Assembly (NCBI RefSeq): GCF_905237065.1
Contig: NC_059455.1
Span: forward strand, 34,224,034-34,288,033
Length of the DNA stretch: 64,000 bases
Direction: 5' to 3'
Source of the DNA: Salmo salar
Lineage: Eukaryota
Shown here one piece after another: positions 46,500-58,894 of the stretch (positions are counted from its first letter, which is position 1; every line of letters starts with the position of its first letter). Made by a program: the position numbers and the translations under genes. The notes beneath the pieces are model-generated. The model ran no database searches, was not told the DNA's origin, and saw only the letters and a list, made by a program, of their open reading frames with translations.

Positions 46500-46940
46500 T
46501 GGCCCTGTAGTCATATTATATATAGATATATACACACACAATATATTTTTTTTTCCTCCCAATTTCAATCTTGTCTCAACGCTGCAACTCTCCAAGGGGT
46601 TCGGGAGAGGCGAAGGTCGAGTCATGTGACCTCTGAAACATGACTCACCAAACCGTGGTCTTAACACCCGCCCACTAAACCTGGAAGCCAGCTGCACGCA
46701 GGCGCCCGGCCCGCCACAAGGAGTCGCTAGAGCGCGATGAGCCAAGTAAAGCCCCCCCCAGACAAACCCTCCCCTAACCCGGACGATGCTGGGCCAATTG
46801 TGTGACACCCTATCGGACTCATCAGTCGAGGCCGGTTGTGACACAGCCCAGGATCTAACACGGGTCTATAGTGACGCCTCAAGAACTGCGATGCAGTGCC
46901 TTAGACAGCTGCACCACTCGGGAGGCCCCTATTTATTTAT
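46500..46940 (-). mobile_element. Full-length (about 440 bp) salmonid SINE in - orientation
   Basis: Ends '...gcagtgccttagacagctgcaccactcgggaggcc', the reverse complement of the SINE head 'ggcctcccgagtggtgcagctgtctaaggcactgc'. The body 'caacgctgcaactctccaaggggttcgggagaggcgaaggtcgag...' is shared with the copy at 56760-57215. Confidence 0.75.
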
Positions 46941-47382
46941 TTTAATAGCTAGTCCCATTAAACCTTAGTCTCTTAAAATATACATTTTATATTTAACCTT
47001 TATTTAAAAAAGATGATGATCCAGTCAGACAAGCCAACGGCAGGGCTTTCCTGACAGTGTATAAACTATTATGCACGTCTCGTTGCCTCATAGTGAGTAT
47101 CACAGATGCCTTGCCTTCTATGAGTACATCTATCTCTTCACATGACTCTACACCATTACCTAGACTACCATAACAGCACACATGCCTGACAAATGACACC
47201 ACCATCTCCTTCCTCTCCCACAAAGCTTCATCTTTTAATGGCGCTTGGTGAATATAAGCAGGGGAGGTGATATACCCCTAACTACATGCCCACACAGAGA
47301 CCCTTCAAAACCATTTTTATTAAATCAAATCCAAACTTTCACCAACTGTTTGAGGGAGTGGCAAAGTCCAAACAAACAATTA

Positions 47383-47462
47383 TCATAGTGTCAAAGCGGT
47401 ATGTTACTTCATGTCAGAGTAATGATCAGTGTCAAAGCGGTATGTTACTTCATGTCAGAGTA
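47383..47462. repeat. 39-bp tandem duplication ('tgtcaaagcggtatgttacttcatgtcagagtaatgatcag' twice)
   Basis: Direct reading. Confidence 0.85.
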
Positions 47463-48234
47463 ATATGAAGGAAAAAATGGCAACTGTGAAAATAAATGTA
47501 CAAAGCCCAGCACCGGTGGTATAGAGAGAGTGTATGAGAGAGGGCCACACACACACCATTTCAAACCCCACCCACCTACTGCTAGCTGCAAAAACACCAG
47601 AAAACCCACTGGAAAACAGACAACTGTGCACTCTCAACCTTTGTGCCCAATCTGCCCATGTGATATGAAGTGGAGCTGGTGTGTGTAGAATACAATGTGG
47701 AAGACATGGTGTGGCCAAATCAATAAATTATGGACTGGACAGTGCAGTCTTGTTACGATTGATACAAGAGGGGCAAGACAATTTACCAAACACAAACTGT
47801 GCTGTGCCCATAAGCCATATTCAAGCCCATGTATGGGTTAGAGGTTACCACTGTCCCAAGTCTTGCCTCTGTCACCATTGACTTTGCCTCATCTATAGGC
47901 CTATGACTTGTTGGCCTGTTTATTTTGAGAGCCACGGCAGCTGGGACAATAGCCTGGGCATTGGGAACTCTACAGTAGCCCAAGAAAAAGCTAGTGGCCA
48001 ATTACTACATGATAAAGGTAGGCATAAAATTAACAAAATAATAATATTGTAGCCAGCTGTTATTTTGTTTATATATTTTGGATGATTGCAGTGGCAAAGT
48101 TGGTTATTTGTTGTACTTTCATTAGCTTCTGATAATTTTACAAGACCATTTTGATTTCATTATGCATAACACAACAGTTAACTTTAACCTAACATAACTT
48201 TCAACTGAAAACATTGTAATTGTGTACATTTTAG

Positions 48235-48375
48235 TAATTTAGCAGACGCTCTGACTTACAGGAGCAAATAGGGTTAAGTGCTTTACTGAAGGAGACATAG
48301 ATTATTTTCACCTAGTGGGTTCGGAGATTCGAACCAGCGACCTTTCGGTAACCGGTCAAACGCTATTTGCTGCAC
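48235..48375 (-). mobile_element. SINE fragment (HpaI/SmaI-type) in - orientation
   Basis: 'ttagcagacgctctgacttacaggagcaaatagggttaagtgctttactgaaggagacatagattattttcacctagtgggttcggagattcgaaccagcgacctttcggtaaccggtcaaacgct' is the reverse complement of the SINE body and head. Confidence 0.7.
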
Positions 48376-49734
48376 AGTTTTTGTAGTTTACTTTGATCGG
48401 AAAGTAAAACAAGCACCAGCATTTGAGCTGCTGCAGTAGTCTACATACATACTGTTTCACTTTAATCTCTAGACTGTAGGATACATTTATTAAATGCATA
48501 GCTACAGTCCTTTTAACAACGTTACAATCTTGTTACAATGGGGACAATCCTTGCTACAATGTTGTAACAATGTTACAAACATTTACTTTAACCACCAGCT
48601 GAATCAGATACGAATATAACTTGCTACAGTGTAACATAGTGGCATGCATCAACCTCATTTCGTGCCCAGCCTGTTTGGAACAGGGACCAACATGAAGGTC
48701 TATTAATAATTAAACATCAAAACCACAAAGGACTGAATGAAACAATAACCTGTTACTACATGAGCAATAAACTAGCAAACAAAATATGTTAATCGAAGAT
48801 TCAACTACGAAAAACAAGTTATAAATGCCAGTTGTATGCAACATCAGCATCGTCCATTATGAGGGCTAGGGCAAACAATGGGGCGAGACTGACATTTCCA
48901 GTCGGCGAATCTTTTTACGCTCTTTTCGAAAGGGAAAACCCTGGATGGATGATGGATCATGCACATTGAAATAAACACCAACCTTCGGCGAAAATTCTCA
49001 CGAAGCTGGAACCCATGTATCCTCTCCGAGTCTAGTTTCCATGCCGTCGCGATGGGGGTAGGCTACTTCCTCCCAAATTGTTGGGGACTCGGGACTCAGC
49101 CCTACGAACCGTCCGATATCTGGTTAGATACCGTAGATACGTGTCCAGGGTGAAAATAACAATAGGCCCGATCAGGGGTCCTCTCTAAACTTCCCTGCAA
49201 CTGCGGTCTCGAGCGATAACAGACTTATTGTTTCGGAAACATGAGACTCTAGCGCCTATTTATTTTGTCTTCCCCTGTACTTCAATGGTCAATGATGTCC
49301 AAACATTGTTCTCTATACCTATCCACACTGAAAAACTCCTTAGATGTCCCAAAATATTCATTCAGGTATTTTCTCACGTTCCTCATTTCCCCCCCTCAAC
49401 AGTAGCACCCTGCGGCCCGCCCCCGATTCATTGCCCCTCCTCCACTCCTTTCTTTTTGTGGAACCTCAAGGCTGATGACGTAGCCAACTTCAGACCCCCA
49501 TGTAACATCCTACTTAGAATTAGTACTAAAACCAGTGATGCCAATTTAGCAATTTTGTTGCTAGATTTTGCAACTTTTCAGACTACCCTGGCAACTTTTT
49601 TTTCAAACAGCACCTAACAACAAATGTAGCTACTTTTAAAAATGTATTTGGAACTTTTAGCAACTTTTGAAAAGTGACTTAAATGCTAAAATGCACTCAT
49701 TTCCCCTCTAAATGACACAAAAACGATTCTCTCT

Positions 49735-52435
49735 GTCACACAAATGATCAATTTATCAATGAACCTACCAGGTACAACCCCAAATCCGTAAACACGGGCA
49801 CTCTCATAGATATCATCCTAACTAACTCGCCCTCCAAATACACCTCTGCTGTTTTCAATCAAGATCTCAGCGATCACTGCCTCATTGCCTGCATCCGTAA
49901 TGGGTCTGCGACCAAACAACCACCCCTCATCACAGTCAAACGCTCCCTAAAACACTTCTGCGAGCAGGCCTTTCTAATCGACCTGGACCGGGTATCCTGG
50001 AAGGGCATTGACCTCATCCCGTCAGTAGAGGATGCCTGGTTGTTCTTTAAAAGTGCCTTCCTCACCATCTTAAACAAGCATGCTCCATTCAAAACAATTA
50101 GAACCAGGAATAGATATAGTCCTTGGTTCACTCTAGACCTGTCTGCCCTTGACCAGCACAAAAACATCCTGTGGCGTTCTGCATTAGCATCGAATAGCCC
50201 CCGTGATATGTAACTTTTCAGGGAAGTTAGGAACAAATATACACAGGCAGTTAGGAAAACTAAGGCTAGCTTTTTCAAACAGAAATTTGCATCCTGTAGT
50301 ACAAATTCAAAAAAGTTCTGGGACACTGTAAAGTCCATGGAGAATAAGAGCACCTCCTTCCAACTGCCCACTGCTCCGAGGCTAGGAAACACTGTTACCA
50401 CCGATAAATCCACTATAATTGAGAATTTCAATAAGCATTTCTCTACGGCTGGCCCGCCCCATCCCCCACCACTCCTTCACCCAAATCCAGATAGCTGATG
50501 TTCTGAACGAGCTGCAAAATCTGGACCTCTACAAATCAGCCGGGATAGATAATCTGGACCCTTTCTTTCTAAATTTATCTGCCGAAATTGTTGCAACCCC
50601 TATTACTAGCCTGTTCAGTCTCTCTTTCGTATCGTCTGAGATTCCCAAAGATTGGAAAGCTGCCGCGGTCATCCCCCTCTTCAAAGGGGGTGACACTCTA
50701 GACCCAAACTGCTACAGACCTATATCTATCCTACCCTGTCTGTCTAAGGTCTTCGAAAGCCAAGTTAACAAAGAGATTACCGACCATTTCGAATCCCACC
50801 GTACCTTCTTCGCTATGCAATCTGGTTTCAGAGCTGGTCATGGGTGCACCTCAGCCACGCTCAAGGTCCTAAACGATATCATAACCGCCATTGATAAGAG
50901 ACATTACTGTGCAGCTGTATTCATCGACCTGGCCAAGGCTTTCGACTCTGTCAATCACCACATTCTTATTGGCAGACTCGACAGCCTTGGTTTCTCAAAT
51001 GATTGCCTCGCCTGGTTTACCAACTACTTCTCTGATAGAGTTCAGTGTGTCAAATTGGAGGGCCTGTTGTCCGAAACATTGGCAGTCTCTATGGGGGTGG
51101 CACAGGGTTCAATTCTCGGGCCGACTCTTTTCTCTGTATATATCAATGATGTTGCTCTTGCTTCTGGTGATTCTCTGATCCACCTCTACGCAGACGACAC
51201 CATTCTGTATACTTCTGGCCCTTCTTTGGACACTGTGTTAACTAACCTCCAGACGAGCTTCAATGCCATACAACTCTCCTTCCGTGACCTCCAACTGCTC
51301 TTAAACTCAAGTAAAACTAAATGCAATGTATTCAATCGATCACTGCCCTGACCTGCTCGCCCGTCCAGCATCACTACTCTGGACGGCTCTGACTTAGAAT
51401 ACGTGGACAACTACAAATACCTGGGTGTCTGGTTAGACTGTAAACTCTCCTTCCAGACTCACATTAAGCATCTCCAATCCAAAATTAAATCTAGAATCGG
51501 CTTCCTATATTGCAACAAAGCATCCTTCACTCATGCTGCCAAACATACCCTCGTAAAACTGACCATCCTACCGATCCTCAACTTCGGCGATGTCATCTAT
51601 AAAATAGCCTCCAACAGTCTACTCAACAAATTGGATGCAGTCTATCACAGTGCCATCCGTTTTGTCACCAAAGCCCCATACACTACCCACCACTGCGACC
51701 TGTACGCTCTCGTTGGTTGGCCCTCGCTTCATACTCGTCGCCAAACCCACTGGCTACAGGTTATCTACAAGTCTCTGCTAGGTAAAGCCCCGCCTTATCT
51801 CAGCTCACTGGTCACCAAAGCAGCACCCACTCGTAGCACGCGCTCCATCAGGTATATCTTACTGGTCACCCCCAAAGCCAATTCCTCCTTTGGTCGCCTT
51901 TCCTTCCAGTTCTCTGCTGTCAATGACTGGAACAAACTGCAAAAATCACTGAAGCTGGAGACTCATATCTCCCTCACTAGCTTTAAGCACCAGCTGTCAG
52001 AGCAGCTCACAGATCACTGCACCTGTACATAGCCCACCTGTAAACAGCCCATCTATCTACCTCATCCGCATACTGTATTTATTTATTTATCTTGCTCTTT
52101 TGCACCCCAGTATCTCTACTTGCCCATTCATCTTCTGCACATCTACCATTCCAGTGTTTAATTGCTATATTGTAATTACTTCACCACCATGGCCTATTTA
52201 TTGCCTTAACTCCCTTATCTTACCTCATTTGCACTCACTGTATATAGACTTTTTGTTTTCTTTTGTTCTACTGTATTATTGACTGTATGTTTGGTTTATT
52301 CCATGTGTAACTCTGTGTTGTTGTATGTGTCGAATTGCTATGCTTTATCTTGGCCAGGTCGCAGTTGCAAATTAGAACTTGTTCTCAACTGGCCTACCTG
52401 GTTAAATAAAGGTTAAATAAAATAAAAAATTAAAA
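49735..52435 (+). mobile_element. 5'-truncated RSg-1/L2-like LINE with nearly intact RT, the cleanest copy in the window
   Basis: ORFs 50419..51351(+) (310 aa RT: 'FRAGHGCTSATLKVLNDIITAIDKRHYCAAVFIDLAKAFDSVNHHILIGRLDSLGF...GVAQGSILGPTLFSVYINDVALASGDSLIHLYADDTILY') and 51403..52032(+). 3' tail 'ggccaggtcgcagttgcaaattagaacttgttctcaactggcctacctggttaaataaaggttaaataaaataaaaaa'. Confidence 0.85.
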
Positions 52436-52904
52436 AACACACTCAGTCACAACACACGTGCCTGGCTGCAAAAGTGCATTGTGAGTGACGTCAGCAGCAG
52501 GCCAGCAGCAATTTCAGCAAATTGCAAATCATTGTTGGCTGACTGCAGCAGCAGTGGTACGGGTTCGACGAGACAAACCCAATGAATATAGTTGGTCACG
52601 AATGTTTGATCTTGAACAGAACTTACAACATCAATCAACATGTCTCAATCAAAATTGTACAGCCAGAAGTACAGAAAAGAGTGGGAGTCTGTACCTGAAG
52701 AAATGTCAAACCATATTTTTCGCTGAGATGGCCAGTCAATTTGAGTAACGTTATTGTGTATTCTACGTAATGACGCAGTTTTATGTTATCACACAATGAC
52801 ATCACAATGTCATTTAGCAACTTTTAGCAACAAATCAACCTGCCTCTAGCAACTTACCCTGAAAATTAGTTGGCAATACTGACTAAAACTCCAATATCAA
52901 AGAT

Positions 52905-54655
52905 ACAGAGCCTTCAGATATTCACACCCTTTGACTTTTTCCACATTTTGCTGTATTACAAAATGAGATTAAATGGATGTAATTGTCATTTTTTTTGTCA
53001 ACGATCAACACCGAATACTCTGTAATGTCAATGTGGAGGAAAAATTGGAACATTTGTAAAAAAACGAATATACCTTGATTAGATGAGTATTCAACCCGCT
53101 GGGTCAATACATATTAGAATTACCTTTGGAAGCGATTACAGCTGTGAGGCTTTCTAGGTAACTCTCTAAGAGCTTTCCACACCTGGATTGTGCAACATTT
53201 GCCCATTATTCTTCAAGCTCTGTCAAATTGGTTGTTGATCATTGCTAGACAAATATTTTCAGGTATTGCCATAGAATTTCAAGTAGATTTAAGTCAAAAC
53301 TGTAACTCGGCCACTCAGGAACATTCAATGTCTTGGTAAGCAGCACCAAGTGTAGATCTGGCCTTGTGTTTAGGTTATTGTCCTGCTGGAAGGTGAATTA
53401 ATCTCCCAGTGTCTGGTGGAAAGCAAACTGAACCAGGTTTTCCTCTAGGATTTTGTCTGTGCTTAGTTCCATTCTGTTTCTTTTTTATCCTAAAAAACTC
53501 CCCAGTCCTTAATGATTACAAGCATACGCATAACATGATGCAGCCACCACTATGCTGAAAATATGAAGAGTGGTACTCTGTGTTGTATTGGATTTGCCCC
53601 AAACACTTTGCTTTCAGGAGAAAAAGTGAATTGCTTTGCCACATTTTTTGCAGTATTACTTTAATGCCTTATTGCAAACTGGATGCATGTTTTGGAATAT
53701 TTTTATTCTGTACAGGCTTCCTTCTTTTCATTCCCAATTAGGTTAGTATTGTCAAGTAACTACAATGTTGTTGATCCATCCTCAGTTTTCTCCTATCACA
53801 GCCATTAAACTCTTAACTGTTTTAAAGTCCCCGTTGGCCTCATCAAGGACCCCACACACCCTTACCTCACCATGCTCAGAGGGATATTCAATGCCTGTTT
53901 GTTTTTTTACACATTTACCAATAGGTGCCCTTTGCGAGGCATTGGAAAACCTCCCTGGTCTTTGCGGTTGAATCTGTATTTGAAATTCACTGCTCAACTG
54001 AGTGACCATACAGATAATTGTGAGTGGGGTACAGAGATTAGGTAGTCCATGCAATTTATTTGACTTGTTAAGCACATTTCCTGAACTTATTTAGGTTTGC
54101 CTTAACAAATGGGTTGAATACTTACTAACGCAAGACATTTCAGATTTTCATTTTTAATTAGTACAAATTTCATAAAACAATTCCACTTTGACATTATGGG
54201 GTATTTATTTAAAAATGTACCTTTATTTAACTAGGCAAGTCAGTTAAGAACAAATTCTTATTTACAATGACAGCCTACCAGAAGGCATCCTGCGGGGACG
54301 AGGGCTGGGATTAAGAATAAAATAAAAATACAGGACAAAACACACAGAGACACCACAACACTACATAAAGAAAGACCCAAGACAACAACATAGCATGGTA
54401 GCAACACAAAACATGTTACAAACATTATTGGGCACAGACAATAGCACAAAGGGCAAGAAGGTAGAGACAACAATACATCACACATAGCAGCCACAACTGT
54501 CAGTAAGAGTGTCCATGATTAGGTCTTTGAATGAAGAGTATTGTGTGTAGGCTAGTGACAAAAAAAAATACATCTCTATTTAATCCATTTTAAATTCAGG
54601 CTGTAACAAAATGTGGAAAAAGGGGTGTGAATAGTTTCTGAAGGCACTGTATGTA
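52905..54655. mobile_element. Tc1-like element of the second family, coding region degraded, carrying an internal SINE-tail fragment at about 54215-54295
   Basis: Termini 'cttcagatattcacaccctttgactttttccacattttgctgtattacaaaatgagattaaatgg' and '...ccattttaaattcaggctgtaacaaaatgtggaaaaaggggtgtgaatagtttctgaaggcactgtatg'. Internal 'tttatttaactaggcaagtcagttaagaacaaattcttatttacaatgac' is a SINE tail in - orientation. Confidence 0.65.
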
Positions 54656-55489
54656 ATTGCCTACTGCAGTACCTTCTCCTGTCCTAGACCATGTCCTGTA
54701 CCAAAACCATGCTGGGAAATAGTAGAGAAGCAACACTAGATAGGAAAAAAGGCCATGTTTATTTAGTTAAAGGCAATAATCACATTTATTCCCCAGTTGG
54801 TCAAAATCAGAGGTCACCTTCACATACAAAAAACCTCCAGGTCAATTAACAATTCCATCAATACATGATTAAAAACATGTGGGCATGATGTTATTAAATC
54901 CTGCAATTTATGTCTAGATTTAAAATAAAATCGATTTTTAAAGACTGCAACCCAAATAAAAAAAATACTATTTCGATATCCGAATGTTTAAGGATAGTAG
55001 TGGTCATTCAGCTGTACCCACATCCAAAGTCCATTTGCCCGACATAAGGTTCATTCTCCTGAGAAAAGACAGGAAAGCTATTGTACATACTACAACCGCA
55101 TACTCAACAAACACACTTGCACACGCTCGCAAACACTCACCTCCCATTTGGACACACACTCACACGTCAAGGTCAAACAAAGTTTAGTGCCTAATCCCAT
55201 GATACAGTAAACAAAACATTATTTGACAAAACAAAATATGATTTTTTTTTTACAGTGGTGGCAATCTGACCCTGGTGAGTCCACATCCATCCAGGCCAAT
55301 CAAATCCGGTTATGTGTTAAAACTCATCTGTGTGAGTCCAAACAGCCCATTCACTGCGAGTTAAAACAACCAGTTCTGCCTAACCTGTCCATTTGTCTGT
55401 GTACCTATCGTGTGTAAAAAAAACAACAACAAAAAACAGTCTGTCCTGTTTGGTTGTGAGAGTAGTGGTCGCTGGTTAGTATGAGGCAA

Positions 55490-55612
55490 TCAGTATGCGC
55501 CGTTGTTGGGTTCCCTGACGGCGCTGAAGAGGACATCTGCCTTGGTACTGACAAAGTATGTCACCAGTAGCGATGTTAACAACACGGCCACTCCCACGCC
55601 TAAGGTCAGCAT
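55490..55612 (-). CDS. ncstn: ncstn (nicastrin) exon 17: transmembrane helix plus C-terminus (MLTLGVGVAVLLTSLLVTYFVSTKADVLFSAVREPNNGAY*)
   Basis: Acceptor 'ctctcatag|ATG'. Human '[40 protein letters not shown]'. The ORF-track frame (55476..55685) is the wrong frame. Confidence 0.85.
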   Translation of the reverse strand: MLTLGVGVAVLLTSLLVTYFVSTKADVLFSAVREPNNGAY

Positions 55613-55843
55613 CTATGAGAGAAATTAAGAGGAAAGAAAAAGGTAAATAATGTGATTCTCTTCTACCATCATCTTTATCAGACAATGGATACAGTCAAAC
55701 GTGTAAAACAAATATACAATAAAAATACAATATTTTACCACTTACACAGGCTTACTAGATTCAAACAGAACTACATGAACGTATACAAAACTGTAATTAA
55801 TTAAACAGATGGATCATGGTGGGAAAATTGAGTGCCGTTTTAC

Positions 55844-56056
55844 CTCCAGGTCCCGGCTGGCTACTAGGAAAATTCGTGCTTTGATGAACGTCCACTGCGA
55901 TTCTGTCCACGTGGAATATTCTTTGGAAACGTAATCCCCCAGGTCGAAGGCAGGGGACACTGCCTTGGCCAGGCGTACTGCTGTGCGTACGCAGAAAGAC
56001 TCCCTCTGGGTGCTGTTGGGTAGGACCATGCCCTGAACCCAGAAATAAGAGTACAT
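55844..56056 (-). CDS. ncstn: ncstn exon 16 (MYSYFWVQG...YSTWTESQWTFIKARIFLVASRDLE)
   Basis: ORF 55814..56056(-). Donor 'GAG|gtaaaa'. Human '[71 protein letters not shown]'. Confidence 0.9.
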
Positions 56057-56172
56057 CTGAGGGAGAGAATGAGCGAATCAGAGTGCGGTGTGGTTCCAGC
56101 AATACAAAGAAACACATTTTTCATTTGTAAACATCTATCCATCAGCACAGACAGATCCAGAGGCACATTTAC

Positions 56173-56339
56173 ATATGTGCTCTCGTTTGGCAGCTCATCT
56201 GGCTTCTTGCACTGGCTCTGGGTGAGGTTGGTGGCTGTTCCCGTTAAATTGGCCAGGAGATATTGGACCAGATAGGTCAGTGCGTTAGCCTGATGGGGCA
56301 ACTTGGCAACACCAACGTAGTACTGGGGTGGGTTGGGCT
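56173..56339 (-). CDS. ncstn: ncstn exon 15 (…PNPPQYYVGVAKLPHQANALTYLVQYLLANLTGTATNLTQSQCKKPDELPNESTY)
   Basis: ORF 55864..56364(-). Acceptor 'ctctcag|AG', donor 'TAT|gtaaat'. Human '[48 protein letters not shown]'. Confidence 0.9.
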
Positions 56340-56508
56340 CTGAGAGACAGAAAACACAATGCAATGAAGACCCAAGTACCTTCTTTATAGACGTGAGTGT
56401 GTCTGTGACTAGTCCAGATCTGCATGGGTTTTACGACGTCAGTAGTAGCAGAACACCTCTATAGTGCCAAAGGGTGTCCTTGTGAAAAAGTATCAGACTA
56501 AAACTCAC

Positions 56509-56596
56509 GGAGAACGTCCTTCAGTTCTGGGGCCATCAATGCTTGAAACCAGCTGTTGTTGGATCTAACCAGAAACCCATACAGCATCTGGGTCAC
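56509..56596 (-). CDS. ncstn: ncstn exon 14 (VTQMLYGFLVRSNNSWFQALMAPELKDVL)
   Basis: Acceptor 'ctctctcag|GTG', donor 'CTCC|gtgagt'. Human '[30 protein letters not shown]'. Confidence 0.85.
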
Positions 56597-56759
56597 CTGA
56601 GAGAGAGATGCACAGTGTTGGTCAAACAATTCTGCTCACTGTCCCAAAAAAAAAGAATTTTAAAAGATTTTAGATGTTGAGAATGACATATGTTAGCAGA
56701 CATATTGACAGTGTCATGGAAAATAACAGAGTATAACAGTATGACCGATCAGTTTAAAA

Positions 56760-57215
56760 AACATTTTTTAGCCCTTTTTCTCCCCAATTAAATTTTGTGG
56801 TATCCAATTGGTAGTTACAGTCTTGTCTCATCGCTGCAACTCCCGTACGGATTCGGGAGAGGCGAAGGTCGAGAGCCGTGCGTCCACCGAAACACAACCC
56901 AACCAAGCCGCACTGCTTCTTGACACAATGCCCACTTAACCCATCAATGTGTTGGCCGAAACACCGTGCACCTGGTGACCGTGTCAGCGTGCCCTGCGCC
57001 CGGTCCGCCACAGGAGTCGCTAGTGCGCGACGGGACAAGGACATCCCTGCCGGCCAAACCCTCCCCTAACCCGGATGATGCTGGACCAACTGTGCGCCGC
57101 CCCATGGGTCTCCCGGTCGCGGCCGTCTGCGACAGAGCCTGGACTCTAACCCAGAATCTCTAGTGGCACAGCTAGCACTGCCTTAGACCACTGCACCACT
57201 TGGGAGGCCATGACT
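56760..57215 (-). mobile_element. Full-length SINE (- orientation) in ncstn intron 13
   Basis: Same family as 46500-46940. Ends 'gcactgccttagaccactgcaccacttgggaggcc'. Confidence 0.75.
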
Positions 57216-57260
57216 GATCAGTTTGACTTGTACAACACCTCATCAATCATCGAGTCTTAC

Positions 57261-57359
57261 TGTTTTGGGGTCTGCATTGATGTTGTTGACTAGGGAGTTG
57301 TTTCCCCCAGCCTGCTTGAAGAGAGCGCGGGCAACTGCAGTAGCCACCTCGGTAAGAGA
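57261..57359 (-). CDS. ncstn: ncstn exon 13 (SLTEVATAVARALFKQAGGNNSLVNNINADPKT)
   Basis: Acceptor 'ctctttcag|TCT', donor 'ACA|gtaaga'. Human '[32 protein letters not shown]'. Confidence 0.85.
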
Positions 57360-57482
57360 CTGAAAGAGTACAGTGAGGGAGGGAAGAGAGAGAGATATTA
57401 TTCTAACAGACAGTGGACAATGTAATGGAAACTGTGACTACTACAAATAAATCCATCAGTGGGTTTACTATGGTAACAATAC

Positions 57483-57585
57483 CTTTGCAGTATCAGTCAC
57501 AAACTCTAGCTGTTCCTCTGGACTCAAGTTAGATGGATAAGTCAGGTTCAGGTGGGCAGCGTTGTCATAAAAACTCTCATAGTAT
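57483..57585 (-). CDS. ncstn: ncstn exon 12 ([34 protein letters not shown])
   Basis: ORF 57468..57656(-). Acceptor 'gcgcag|A', donor 'AAG|gtattg'. Human '[34 protein letters not shown]'. Confidence 0.9.
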
Positions 57586-58152
57586 CTGCGCATGGGTAAA
57601 CGAATTGCAAAAATTGCTGAAGTTGGAGAATTATCTCCCTCACTAACTTTAAACATCTGCTATCTGAGAAGCTAACCGATCGCTGCAGCTGTACACAGCC
57701 CATCCAATCTACCTACCTCATCCCCATATTGTTTAATTAACTTTTTTTGCACACCAGTATTTCTACTTGCACATCATCATCTGCACATCTGTCACTCCAG
57801 TGTTATTTGCTAAATTGTAATTACTTCACCAGTATGGCCTATTTATTGCCTTACCTCCTTACTCCATTTGCACACACTGTAAACTTTTTTTCTCTATTGT
57901 GTTATTGACTGTACGTTTGTTTATTCCATGTGTAACTCTGTGTTGTTTGTGTCGCACTGCTTTGCTTTATCTTAGCCAGGTCACAGTTGTAAATGACAAC
58001 TTGTTCTCAACTGTCCTACCTGGTTACACAAAGGTGAAATAAAAAATAAAAAAAACAGGGTAGAACACTTCACTAATAAACTCATATCAGGCAAGATAAA
58101 GATTGCAGTTATAAAAATGACCAGCAACGACAGACCATAGTCAAACACTCAC

Positions 58153-58322
58153 CTATTGTTGAAAGCTGTTTGATGGTCTGCAAGAAAAATTCCTGGAATT
58201 GCCCGAGCTCGGAGGAAACGCTGAAAGGAGGAGGGCGGGAGTGGCTGAGAAAAACCTGTCTCAACAAATGAGAAGTTGAGACCAGCCGTGGAGGACTGTA
58301 AGTTTTTTACAAGATTCGTAAC
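58153..58322 (-). CDS. ncstn: ncstn exon 11 ([56 protein letters not shown])
   Basis: Acceptor 'ctgtttcag|GTT', donor 'AATAG|gtgagt'. Human '[56 protein letters not shown]'. Confidence 0.9.
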
Positions 58323-58452
58323 CTGAAACAGAGGTAAGAGGTTGGGAAAAGTGGGTTGAGAGAGAGCATAATGAAGAGAATATAGAAAAAAGGGGTGGAT
58401 GAGGATGGACCAGGTAAGCGCGCCACAAATAGAATCATTTCACTCCCCCTTA

Positions 58453-58530
58453 CCTCGTCATGGACGGTGTTGTTCCTCCTGGACACAGGGTCTGAGTGAA
58501 GAAATAGGTTGGTGCCACTGCGCACTGCTA
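58453..58530 (-). CDS. ncstn: ncstn exon 10 (VAVRSGTNLFLHSDPVSRRNNTVHDE)
   Basis: ORF 58307..58525(-). Acceptor 'ttggttag|GTA', donor 'GAG|gtaagg'. Human '[29 protein letters not shown]'. Confidence 0.85.
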
Positions 58531-58650
58531 CCTAACCAATTACATTAGAGATTCATTGTTATTTGTTGGTTGATTGTATATCCATGCATTTTACACATTG
58601 ATGCCTGTTGTGTGCTTGAGTATTCAATGAGAACATATACATGTCTTAAC

Positions 58651-58755
58651 CTGTCCAATCTCCAGTATTGAGTGAACATTGTCCAGGTCTATCACAAACT
58701 TGTTATTCTTCATGTCATAAACCATTCGAGAGCTGCCAATGTAGTCAAATACTTC
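58651..58755 (-). CDS. ncstn: ncstn exon 9 ([35 protein letters not shown]), containing the DYIGS motif
   Basis: Acceptor 'ctctttcag|GAA', donor 'CAG|gttaag'. Human '[35 protein letters not shown]'. Confidence 0.9.
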
Positions 58756-58894
58756 CTGAAAGAGAGGAATAAGCTATAAACATCCTCTTACAGTACAACA
58801 CTGAACAATACTGCTATATGATAAAGTGACCACATGTGACTCCATAATTGACATACCACAGAATGACTTGCTAAGGGAGACCGAAGGAACTCAC

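Noticed and set aside
49874-50431. 185-aa ORF on the - strand
   Set aside because: Antisense to the RSg-1/L2-like LINE endonuclease/RT region. No independent support.
52440-52520. Perfect CRE palindrome TGACGTCA with flanking 'gtgagtgacgtcagcagcagg' as a regulatory site
   Set aside because: Single occurrence immediately after a LINE tail in non-conserved context. There is no gene start nearby on either strand.
44600-55400. Search for an nhlh1-like single-exon bHLH gene between vangl2 and ncstn, expected from human synteny
   Set aside because: No ORF with a basic helix-loop-helix signature (ERIR...AFN.AF..LR) was seen in any frame. The region is SINE/LINE/Tc1 debris plus one CpG-dense patch. 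Absence by eye is not proof, so this is listed as a check under the synteny finding.
55476-55685. ORF 'MSDKDDGRRESHYLPFSFLLISLIDADLRRGSG...' on the - strand
   Set aside because: Wrong frame of the nicastrin last exon. The +1 frame gives the conserved TM/C-terminus '...TYFVSTKADVLFSAVREPNNGAY*'.
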